DNA from: an archaeon
GTDB lineage: Archaea > Thermoplasmatota > E2 > UBA202 > JdFR-43
Reading direction: 5' to 3'
Assembly: GCA_024275755.1 (NCBI GenBank)
Contig: JAJRYN010000100.1
Location: 1 to 39,188 of the forward strand
Length of the DNA stretch: 39,188 bases
Part shown: positions 26,168 through 34,080 of the stretch, piece after piece
Layout of the letters: each line of letters starts with the position of its first letter
How positions within the stretch are numbered: position 1 is the first letter of the stretch
Made by a program: the position numbers and the translations under genes
The notes under the pieces: generated by a model
Told to the model about the DNA's origin: nothing
Seen by the model: the letters and a program-made list of their open reading frames with translations, nothing else
Database searches by the model: none

Positions 26168-26691
26168 AGGGAAAAGGAGTAACTGTATGGTTTACGGGCT
26201 TGCCCTGCTCAGGCAAAACCACCATTGCCAAAGAATTAATGAGACGATTGGAAGGGCAGGGAAAAGATGTGGAATTACTGGATGGAGATACTGTACGTGA
26301 TTACATCAGAAACAAGGATTTTTCAAAGGAAGGCCGAAACAAACATCTCAGATATATAGCCCTTATGGCAAAATTGCTGTCGGAAAGAGGCGTTATTGTA
26401 CTATGTAGTTTCGTTAGCCCTTACAGAGAAAATAGAGATTTTGCTAGATCCATATGCAATAATTTCATCGAGGTATATGTTAAAACACCTGTTGAAGTAT
26501 GTATGCAAAGAGACGTTAAAGGCATGTATAAAAAAGCACTAAATGGAGAGATAAAAGGATTTACTGGTGTAGATGACCCATATGAGGAGCCAGAAAATCC
26601 AGAAATTATAGTTGAAACAGATAAGGAAAGCATCGAAGAAAGCGTTCAGAAAGTATTTGATAAACTAAAAGAACTGGGATATGTAGAATAA
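26164..26691 (+). CDS. cysC: adenylylsulfate (APS) kinase
   Basis: P-loop FTGLPCSGKTT and SFVSPY motif. 175 aa. Confidence 0.92.
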   Translation: MKGKGVTVWFTGLPCSGKTTIAKELMRRLEGQGKDVELLDGDTVRDYIRNKDFSKEGRNKHLRYIALMAKLLSERGVIVLCSFVSPYRENRDFARSICNNFIEVYVKTPVEVCMQRDVKGMYKKALNGEIKGFTGVDDPYEEPENPEIIVETDKESIEESVQKVFDKLKELGYVE

Positions 26692-26698
26692 TACATTA

Positions 26699-27973
26699 TC
26701 AATCCTCCAGCAATTCTTCCTTTGCTTTTTCCATTTCTTCATAAATTTTTTCTTCATCTACAGTTAAAAATTTTCTATCATGATAGAGCATTTTTCCATT
26801 TATTATAACATCACTCACATTAAAGCCAGAGGCAGCATAAACTATGTGAGAAATGGTGTTGTGGCGAGGAATTAAATTTGGAGAAGCCATGTCCAAGCAA
26901 ACTATATCTGCTTTTTTTCCGATTTCAATACTTCCAGCATTTAATCCCAAGAATTCAGTAGCATTTATTGTTGCCATATCTAATGCTTGCTGAGCTGTAA
27001 CAATGCTTGCATCCCATCTGTGGTGCTTGTGAATTAAAGCCGCGAATTTCATTGTTTCAAACATATCAAGCTTGTTGTTGCTTGCTGCTCCATCTGTGCC
27101 AAGCGTTATGCATGCATTGGCATCAAATAATTCTGGCAATGGAGTATAGCCACCTGTTGCAAGCTTCATATTACTTACTGGATTATGGATAACGCATGCA
27201 TTGGCATCAGCGATTTCTTTCACCTCCTCTTTTGTAATCCATCCACAATGGGCGAGCATTGTTTTTTCATTAAGCAATCCATACTTCTTGATTTGTCCTA
27301 AAGGACGAGAGCCATATTTGTTAAGAACATCATATACTTCATGCCTTGTTTCAGAGCAGTGAATATGAATAAAAGCATCGTATTTTTCCGCTAGCTCGGC
27401 AGCTTTTTGCAGAGTTTCTGGAGAGCATGCATAGGTGGAATGAGGGGCAACAACTGGTTTTACCAGCTCATCACCACTCCATTTTTTGATAAAATTCTCA
27501 CATTCTGGCAGCAGGCATTCTCTCTTCATCTCAGGTGTATCAAAATCGATTAGACTGAAGCCAGCATAGCAGCGTATGCCAAACTTTTTTGCTTCATTGG
27601 CTATCACATCTTCAAAGAAATACATGTCATTACAACAGGTTGTGCCAGTTGCCACCATTTCCATGAAAGCAAGTTTCGTTCCTATAGCAATATGTTCCGA
27701 TTTCAATTTTGCTTCGATGGGCCATATCCTTGTTGTAAGCCATTCTTCCAATGGCAAATCATCTCCATATCCACGCAACAGAGTCATTGGCAGATGAGTG
27801 TGCATGTTTATTAAGCCGGGCATTACTATCTTATCTTTCAAAACAAAATCTGCCTCCACATTTATTTTTCCTATTTCCGCTATTCTGTCATCTTCTATAT
27901 AAACATCTCCATAAATAATCTGCCTGCTCTTATCTTGGGTTACAATTATTGAATTTTTTATAAGTATACTCAT
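26699..27973 (-). CDS. mtaD: amidohydrolase: 5-methylthioadenosine/S-adenosylhomocysteine (5'-deoxyadenosine) deaminase
   Basis: PGLINMHTHLPMTLLRGYGDDLPLEEWL, HCSE and GTDG motifs of the MtaD/DadD subgroup. Confidence 0.8.
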   Translation of the reverse strand: MSILIKNSIIVTQDKSRQIIYGDVYIEDDRIAEIGKINVEADFVLKDKIVMPGLINMHTHLPMTLLRGYGDDLPLEEWLTTRIWPIEAKLKSEHIAIGTKLAFMEMVATGTTCCNDMYFFEDVIANEAKKFGIRCYAGFSLIDFDTPEMKRECLLPECENFIKKWSGDELVKPVVAPHSTYACSPETLQKAAELAEKYDAFIHIHCSETRHEVYDVLNKYGSRPLGQIKKYGLLNEKTMLAHCGWITKEEVKEIADANACVIHNPVSNMKLATGGYTPLPELFDANACITLGTDGAASNNKLDMFETMKFAALIHKHHRWDASIVTAQQALDMATINATEFLGLNAGSIEIGKKADIVCLDMASPNLIPRHNTISHIVYAASGFNVSDVIINGKMLYHDRKFLTVDEEKIYEEMEKAKEELLED

Positions 27974-28594
27974 TTAATCCAACACTGTTATGTTGTATGG
28001 ATTTATAAATGGATATTCAAGCACCTCTCCTTCTACTTCTACTCTTCTCCCTTCAACATCCATTCTTTCCTTGAGCAATACGCCAACTATTCCTCCTTCA
28101 TATGATAAACGCATTAAATAGCCATCTCTATACGGAAATACAGCTCTCACCACTCCTCTTATCCTCACTCTCCCTTTCTTTGGCACATAGGAGACAGCTT
28201 TCTCCTTTACTTTATAAAATTCATAGAACATATCTCTCAGTTCTTTCAAAATGTCTTCGTCAGAAGTAACTACAGCAATCTGTCCTTCTTTTATTTCCCC
28301 AGCAAAAATATACGCCTTGTTTAATCCTATTACAAAATTTCCAATTACGCTCGGATTCTCCCTTGCATTTTTGGCTAATGGTGTAGGAGCAGCAACAACA
28401 ACCTTTGCATCTGATGGTGGAGTTATATGTAGTTTTTCTGCTACAATCAGAGCATTTCTTAATTCATTTAAATTCCATTTTTTGGTTAATTTGCAGGTTT
28501 TTTCTGGTACACTTTTTTTCCATGCAAACTCAACAGCAATTGAAACAACTACTATACCAACTATTAAACCTGCAACAAATGCTATAATATCCAT
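27974..28594 (-). CDS. hypothetical N-terminally membrane-anchored protein
   Basis: 206 aa. It has a TM helix (IIAFVAGLIVGIVVVSIAV) followed by a soluble region with a beta-rich C-terminus (RVRIRGVVRAV...RRVEVEGEVLEY). Its stop directly abuts the mtaD start (0-nt gap). Confidence 0.55.
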   Translation of the reverse strand: MDIIAFVAGLIVGIVVVSIAVEFAWKKSVPEKTCKLTKKWNLNELRNALIVAEKLHITPPSDAKVVVAAPTPLAKNARENPSVIGNFVIGLNKAYIFAGEIKEGQIAVVTSDEDILKELRDMFYEFYKVKEKAVSYVPKKGRVRIRGVVRAVFPYRDGYLMRLSYEGGIVGVLLKERMDVEGRRVEVEGEVLEYPFINPYNITVLD

Positions 28595-28815
28595 ATTCCC
28601 AAATCAATTGTTTATTATTAAGCTTTATTATTTTAATCAGCCGATAGCTGCTAATGTTAGAAATAATTGCTGGTGTTTTTTGAGATGCAACCATGGATCA
28701 CCTATTTTTCTATTTTTTTGTTATCGTAACAAAATTTCGCCAAGCCATCCTATTTGTTCTAAAGATAAAAAAATTGATCAAAGAAATCTTAATAAGTCCG
28801 CTTGCCATTACAATT

Positions 28816-29256
28816 GTGGGGGATAAAAAAATACTACTCATTATAGATGATGAGAAAGAGGTTCATGAACTTATCAGGGAATATCTTGGCCCTGTAAATG
28901 CTGAAATTTATTCTGCATATAATGGGGAAGAGGGAGTAAAGTTGTATAAGGAACTGATGGCTAAAAATAAAAAGCCAGATATAGTTGTAATGGATTTGAA
29001 TTTATCAGGAAGCAGGAGATATGAAGATCTGAAAAAGCAGATGATAGGTAAAGAAATGGACGGAGTCAAAGCCACTGAAGAATTACTGAAAATTGATAAA
29101 AACGCAAACATAATTGGTTTCACTGCATATGCTCATCTGGAATGGGGAGAAAAATTGATGAAAGTAGGGGCAAAAAAAGTTTTTGGGAGAGAGATAGGTT
29201 TTGATGGATTCGCAAAAGCTATTTTAAAAATAATAAGTGCTCCCGCCGGGATTTGA
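28816..29256 (+). CDS. stand-alone response-regulator receiver (CheY-like) protein with an insertion after the phospho-acceptor Asp
   Basis: KKILLIIDDE acidic pocket, VVMDLNL (acceptor Asp), FTAY (Thr/Ala) and GAKKV (Lys). There is no ATG before the domain, so I propose GTG 28816; the ORF is open from 28693 and the start is uncertain. The 3' end overlaps tRNA-Glu(CUC) on the other strand by 19 nt. Confidence 0.7.
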   Translation: MGDKKILLIIDDEKEVHELIREYLGPVNAEIYSAYNGEEGVKLYKELMAKNKKPDIVVMDLNLSGSRRYEDLKKQMIGKEMDGVKATEELLKIDKNANIIGFTAYAHLEWGEKLMKVGAKKVFGREIGFDGFAKAILKIISAPAGI

Positions 29257-29368
29257 ACCCGGGTCTTCGGCTCTCCCTGAACCCCTTTCTTAAGCGGAAA
29301 GGAAATTTATCTCCAAAGCAGGGACTCTCGAGAGGCCGAAATGATTGGCCGGGCTACACTACGGGAGC
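29238..29368 (-). tRNA. tRNA-Glu (CUC) with a 56-nt intron (29273..29328)
   Basis: The reverse complement reads GCTCCCGTAGTGTAGCCCGGCCAATCATTTCGGC-CTCTCG|intron|A-GCCGA-AGAC-CCGGGTTCAAATCCCGG-CGGGAGC-A. The BHB has central helix CTCT/AGGG, bulges CG|A and AG|A, and inner helix GAGTCCC/GGGGTTC. Confidence 0.9.
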
Positions 29369-29405
29369 TTACCCATATATGCAAAACAATTTTTAACTAT
29401 TTTGC

Positions 29406-29603
29406 TTATCCACCTGATGCAACCCTTATTATCTTAATTTTTTTGCCCTTTATTCTTTCTTTATAAGGAACAGGCTTGTTATCGACGACTATTATGACCG
29501 CATCTGGCGATAACTGCAACTCCTTCAACAAATCTTCCCCAGTGAAATCCTCGTGCATTTCAAGCATTTTTGTCTCTCCCCTTAGCTCAACTTCAACTTT
29601 CAT
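29406..29603 (-). CDS. ubiquitin-like beta-grasp protein (ThiS/MoaD/SAMP family) ending in Gly-Gly
   Basis: 65 aa, MKVEVELRGE...IKIIRVASGG followed directly by the stop. Size, alternating beta pattern and the C-terminal diglycine fit sulfur-carrier/SAMP proteins. Confidence 0.7.
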   Translation of the reverse strand: MKVEVELRGETKMLEMHEDFTGEDLLKELQLSPDAVIIVVDNKPVPYKERIKGKKIKIIRVASGG

Positions 29604-29640
29604 AGCAACCTTAATAAAACTTCAGTAATATTAAAGTTGC

Positions 29641-29725
29641 GCTGGGATAGCCTAGCCCGGACAAGGCGGCGGCCTCGAGAGCCGCTGGGCGCAAGCCCAC
29701 GCAGGTTCAAATCCTGCTCCCAGCG
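29641..29725 (+). tRNA. tRNA-Ser (CGA), class II, no intron
   Basis: Acceptor GCTGGGA/TCCCAGC, anticodon arm GCGGC-CTCGAGA-GCCGC, long variable arm TGGGCGCAAGCCCAC, T arm GCAGG-TTCAAAT-CCTGC, discriminator G. Confidence 0.92.
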
Positions 29726-31027
29726 CTATATTTTCATGCTCTGCCCATTTTGCAATATGTGGACATTTCTCCCTAGCTCGTAATCCATTTCTCCTGCTAA
29801 TGCCGCCAAGGATGCAGTTTTTGCCAAATCGCCATGAGCTGGCAGAATATGGCAAGGTGATAAAATTTTTATCAGGTCTCGTAAATCCTCGCGAGAGGCA
29901 TGACCAGAAACATGTATGTCTTTGAAAATCCTCGCTTTTTTTCTATGAAGCTTTTGCTCCAGTATCTGGCGATTTGCTTTGATGGCAGGCGTGGGAATAA
30001 CCTCACAAGAAAATATGACAAAGTCGTGAGGTGATATCTTTAACTCGAGTTCGTCATTAACTATTTTCGTCAGAACAGCATTTTTTTCCCCCATGCTTCC
30101 TGTAACAATAAAAACATACTTTTCCTTATTTTTGTTCATGGTTCGTAGCTTTTTCTCTGCTCTTCCTGCATTTTTTATTATTTCCGCGTCCTTGGAAAAA
30201 TTCACTAGTTTTAAGTTCTCTGCTGAAGCAATATAATCATGCAATGAACGGCCAATAAAAACCGGTTTTCTGCCAAGCATTTTTGAAATATGCAAAATAC
30301 TTTTAAGGCGGGCAATGTGTGAGGAGAAGGTTGTTATAAATAAGCCATGATTGCCTACTTCCATCCCCATTATAATATCATGAAGCATTTCCTTTGCTAT
30401 GTACTCTGAAAAAGTTTTTCTTTCTTCATCAGCATTGGTTGAGTCAGCTATTAAAAGCAGAACATTATCAAGCTTTTTCAGTTTCTTAATGTTTGTTTTT
30501 CTTCCAAGCGTGGGGTGGTTATCATTTTTATAATCCAGAGCATAAACTATATTTCCATACTTTGTCTTTATATTGAGAATGGATGATTGTGGTACAGAAT
30601 GAGTTACATTGATGAATTCCACTTCAATATTCCTGGAAATTCTATATGAAGAGTTGACATTCACTGCTATGAGATTTTCGATATTTTTTGCATGCTTTTT
30701 TATAACTTCTGCAGTATAAGGTGTAGCTATTATCGGGCATTTATAACTTTGCCCCATCCATCTTATGGCTCCAATATGATCAAGATGAGCATGAGTAACA
30801 ATGATAGCTTTAATCTTTTTCTTTATATTTTTTATTGGCTCATCATTTGGAATTGCATCTTCTGTGAGCAAAACTTCTTTACTCATTTCAATATTTTTTT
30901 CCTGCACTGCAACAAATCTGTCCATATATAGGCCCATATCAAGAATTATTGCCTCATCATCTATTTCAATGCATGTCATGTTTTTGCCCACTTCGTTATA
31001 GCCGCCTACAGCATGTATCCTGAGCAT
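29726..31027 (-). CDS. rnj: ribonuclease J (metallo-beta-lactamase/beta-CASP)
   Basis: 433 aa. MLRIHAVGGYNEVGKNMT N-terminus, HxHxDH motif (THAHLDHIGA) and a C-terminal HVSGHASRED beta-CASP motif. Confidence 0.85.
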   Translation of the reverse strand: MLRIHAVGGYNEVGKNMTCIEIDDEAIILDMGLYMDRFVAVQEKNIEMSKEVLLTEDAIPNDEPIKNIKKKIKAIIVTHAHLDHIGAIRWMGQSYKCPIIATPYTAEVIKKHAKNIENLIAVNVNSSYRISRNIEVEFINVTHSVPQSSILNIKTKYGNIVYALDYKNDNHPTLGRKTNIKKLKKLDNVLLLIADSTNADEERKTFSEYIAKEMLHDIIMGMEVGNHGLFITTFSSHIARLKSILHISKMLGRKPVFIGRSLHDYIASAENLKLVNFSKDAEIIKNAGRAEKKLRTMNKNKEKYVFIVTGSMGEKNAVLTKIVNDELELKISPHDFVIFSCEVIPTPAIKANRQILEQKLHRKKARIFKDIHVSGHASREDLRDLIKILSPCHILPAHGDLAKTASLAALAGEMDYELGRNVHILQNGQSMKI

Positions 31028-31176
31028 ATGTATGAAAGCCGCTTATCTTTTAAATTTTTATAAATAAAATGGAAAAGTGGCAATGTTTCAGGAGCAAATG
31101 AAAATTTTATTTTATTTGCCATTGACTGAGTATGATAGAATCCAAATTTTCTTATATCCTTTCATCATAAACTTTC

Positions 31177-32187
31177 ATGCTTGATGTGGTGACAAGGAAC
31201 TTAAGAGAAGTGGTAACCATCGAGGAATTGCAGGAAGTAATGGCTAAAGAAGAAAAGAAGGCATATATTGGCTTTGAGCCTTCTGGCTTGGTTCATCTAG
31301 GCTGGCTTATGTGTGCCGATAAAGTTAAAGATTTGATTGATGCAGGTTTTGATACAACGATTCTTCTTGCTGATTGGCATGCATGGATTAATGATAAGCT
31401 TGGCGGAGATATGGAGGCAATAAGAACATGTGGAGAATACATAAAGGATGCATTTGCTGCTATGGGTGTTAAAGGTGTGGAATATGTTTATGCTAGCGAG
31501 ATGGTGAACAACGCTGACTACTGGCAACTCGTTTTAAAAATCGCTAAACAAACTTCTTTGGCGAGGGCAAGAAGAGCAATGGACATCATGGGTAGAAAGG
31601 CGGAAGAGGCAGAAAAGGATATTTCCAAATTTTTCTACCCTTTGATGCAAGTAGCAGATATTTTTTATCTGGAAGTTGATGTCGCTTTAGGTGGTATGGA
31701 CCAAAGACATGCTCACATGTTAGCCAGAGATGTCTGTAAAAAATTGGGTATGAAAAAGCCTGTCGCCTTACACACGCACATCATTTCCAGCTTGCAAGCA
31801 AAGGAAAGAATGGATGCGAAAATGTCAAAGAGCAAGCCAAGCAGCGCAATATTCATCCACGATGATTATGATGTAATACAGAAAAAGATAAGAAAAGCTT
31901 ACTGTCCAGAAGGAGTTACAGAAGGAAATCCGATAATGGAAATAGCTCGCCATATAATTTTTATTCATTTTGATGAAATGGAAGTAAAAAGAAAAGATGC
32001 CCCTCCTCTCACTTTCAATTCATATGAAGAATTGAAAGAAAGTTATGTTAAAAAGGAATTACATCCTCTTGACTTAAAAAATGCTGTAGCTGAATACATT
32101 GATAAAATTTTATCTCCAGTAAGGCAATATTTTGAGCAGCATCCACAAAATTATGAAAAATTGCTTGAATATATGGGGCAAAAATAA
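31177..32187 (+). CDS. tyrS: tyrosyl-tRNA synthetase (archaeal type)
   Basis: YIGFEPSGLVHLG (HIGH region), KMSKSKPSSAIF (KMSKS) and GNPIMEIA...ELHPLDLKNAVAE closely resemble archaeal TyrRS as I remember the M. jannaschii sequence. Confidence 0.92.
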   Translation: MLDVVTRNLREVVTIEELQEVMAKEEKKAYIGFEPSGLVHLGWLMCADKVKDLIDAGFDTTILLADWHAWINDKLGGDMEAIRTCGEYIKDAFAAMGVKGVEYVYASEMVNNADYWQLVLKIAKQTSLARARRAMDIMGRKAEEAEKDISKFFYPLMQVADIFYLEVDVALGGMDQRHAHMLARDVCKKLGMKKPVALHTHIISSLQAKERMDAKMSKSKPSSAIFIHDDYDVIQKKIRKAYCPEGVTEGNPIMEIARHIIFIHFDEMEVKRKDAPPLTFNSYEELKESYVKKELHPLDLKNAVAEYIDKILSPVRQYFEQHPQNYEKLLEYMGQK

Positions 32188-32341
32188 AGGAGAAAAATAA
32201 ATAGAAAGAATAGGACACATCATTGGCTTTTTGCAACTGAGCCATTCTAATGTAAAAAACATAAATTAGAATTTCAGGTTACATTCTTTTTAATTTTTAT
32301 TAAATTACAAAAATAATTTAATGTACAAGCATTTTCAAATC

Positions 32342-33013
32342 ATGGGTATTATTGTTGTCAATACAAAAGCATATGCGGAGGGCATTGGAAGCAAAGCTAT
32401 TGAACTTGCCAAAATTATGGAAAAGGTTGGCAGAGAATATGGCGTGGAAATGGCTATAGCGGTGCAGCCCTGCGATGTTTATAGAGTGGCAAATGAAGCG
32501 GAAATAGATGTATTTTCGCAGCATATCGATGCCGTAGAATATGGAAGTCACACTGGCTGGATTCTGCCACATGCAGTTAAGGAGGCGGGGGCGAGAGGCA
32601 CTTTAATAAATCATTCGGAACACAGAATGAAGGTGGAGGATATTTTTGCTGCTGCTAAAATAGCAGCTGAGGTTGGATTGAAAAGGGTGATATGTGCCTC
32701 CGTTGTTGAGATTGCAAAGGCTGTTGCTTGTTTCATGCCAGAATATGTGGCCATTGAACCACCCGAACTTATAGGAGGGGATATTTCTGTAACGAAAGCA
32801 AGGCCGGAGGTGGTTAGCGGAGCGGTGGAGGCGGTGAAAGGAATAAATGAAAAGGTGAAGGTGCTGTGTGGTGCTGGAATAAAAGATGGCAGGGATGTAG
32901 CTAAAGCAATCGAGCTTGGAGCAGATGGCATATTAGTGGCGAGCGGAGTTGTAAAGGCAAAGGATAAAGAAAAAGTTTTAGCGGAGATGGCCGAGGCGAT
33001 GGCGAGAATATGA
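32342..33013 (+). CDS. tpiA: triosephosphate isomerase (short archaeal form)
   Basis: MGIIVVNTKAY, LINHSEHR, CGAGI and VASGV motifs. The start is trimmed from 32321. Confidence 0.88.
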   Translation: MGIIVVNTKAYAEGIGSKAIELAKIMEKVGREYGVEMAIAVQPCDVYRVANEAEIDVFSQHIDAVEYGSHTGWILPHAVKEAGARGTLINHSEHRMKVEDIFAAAKIAAEVGLKRVICASVVEIAKAVACFMPEYVAIEPPELIGGDISVTKARPEVVSGAVEAVKGINEKVKVLCGAGIKDGRDVAKAIELGADGILVASGVVKAKDKEKVLAEMAEAMARI

Positions 33014-33657
33014 AAAAGCCCCATGTCATAATAAATTGCGCGGCATCTATCGATGGTAAAATCGCGCTGGTTGGGAAAAAACCATTGAAAATATCCAGCG
33101 AGGAAGATATGGCGAGGGTTCATAAGCTAAGGAATGAATGTGATGCCATTTTAGTTGGGATAGAAACTGTGCTTGCTGACGATCCCAAGTTAACTGTGAA
33201 AGAAAAATATGTTGGTGCTGGAAAGGTGAAGCAGCCATTGAGAATCGTGCTTGATAGCAGGTTTCGCACACCAGAAAATGCAGAGGTAATGAAGCCAAAT
33301 GCAAAAACACTCATCGTTACAACATGCAAGGAATTTAAAAAAGGGCATGTGGAAGTTATAAAATGCGGGGATGATAGAGTTGATTTAATTAAACTGATGG
33401 AAATTTTATATGATAGAGGAGTGAGAAAGCTTCTTGTAGAAGGAGGCTCAACAGTCATATGGGAATTTTTGAAAAATGGGCTTGTGGATGAAATGTTTGT
33501 ATTCTTTGCCCCGATAATAATAGGTGGCAACGCACCAGGCATAGCAGGAGGAGAGGGAGCAACAAAAGAGGAAGACGTGATAAAATTTGAAATAAAAGAG
33601 ATGGAAAGGGTGGGCGGTGGTTTTTTATTGCACCTTATCCCACAATATGAACAATGA
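33010..33657 (+). CDS. ribD: 2,5-diamino-6-ribosylamino-4(3H)-pyrimidinone 5'-phosphate reductase (RibD C-terminal-type, riboflavin/F420 pathway)
   Basis: VIINCAASIDGKIA, DAILVGIETVLADDPKLTV and LLVEGGSTV motifs. ATGA overlap with tpiA. Confidence 0.8.
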   Translation: MKKPHVIINCAASIDGKIALVGKKPLKISSEEDMARVHKLRNECDAILVGIETVLADDPKLTVKEKYVGAGKVKQPLRIVLDSRFRTPENAEVMKPNAKTLIVTTCKEFKKGHVEVIKCGDDRVDLIKLMEILYDRGVRKLLVEGGSTVIWEFLKNGLVDEMFVFFAPIIIGGNAPGIAGGEGATKEEDVIKFEIKEMERVGGGFLLHLIPQYEQ

Positions 33658-34048
33658 TTTTTCTACTCCTTGGCCTTATATCACATTCCACAAAGACAAT
33701 CTGTTGCCAAGTTCCAAGTATAAGACGGCCATTTTCTATGGGTACAGTTAAGCTTGGACCTATTATACTTGCTCTCACATGACTATGGCCATTGCCATCA
33801 TGCCATCTTTCCTCATGCTTGTAATATGCGTTTTTGGGTGCTATTTTTTCTAAAGCATTTGGCAAATCATACAATAATCCATCTTCATACTCTATTGTAG
33901 TTATTGCTCCTGTTGAGCCTGGGCAAAAAACGCATGCTATGCCATCCTTTATTCCACTCTCTTCTACAATCTTCTGCACTTCATGAGTTATATCAACAAT
34001 GTCCATTTCTCCTTTTGTCTCTAAATTTATAACATCCTTATAAAGCAT
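33635..34048 (-). CDS. YjbQ/UPF0047-family protein (secondary thiamine-phosphate synthase-like)
   Basis: 137 aa with DITHEV..., PGSTGAITTIEYE and HSHVRASIIGPS motifs. Confidence 0.85.
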   Translation of the reverse strand: MLYKDVINLETKGEMDIVDITHEVQKIVEESGIKDGIACVFCPGSTGAITTIEYEDGLLYDLPNALEKIAPKNAYYKHEERWHDGNGHSHVRASIIGPSLTVPIENGRLILGTWQQIVFVECDIRPRSRKIIVHIVG

Positions 34049-34080
34049 GAAAAGAAAAAAGAAAGAGAAGATAAAGTTTG

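Noticed and set aside
29652-29855. ORF 29652..29855 (-), and likewise ORFs 6138..6344 (+) and 6161..6355 (-)
   Set aside because: They overlap tRNA-Ser or tRNA-Asp and have no protein-like features.
32246-32275. 8-bp inverted repeat ATTCTAAT...ATTAGAAT followed by T-rich sequence downstream of tyrS (hairpin terminator idea)
   Set aside because: Archaeal termination depends mainly on T-tracts. The hairpin is AT-only and weak, and I cannot distinguish it from chance in AT-rich spacer.
33120-33542. Long antisense ORFs opposite real genes (for example 33120..33542, 32611..33123, 38353..38919, 28251..28826, 17039..17428, 7269..7601, 20624..21088)
   Set aside because: These are shadow ORFs with low-complexity, Ser/Phe/Ile-rich translations. 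In each case the opposite strand encodes a protein with clear family motifs.
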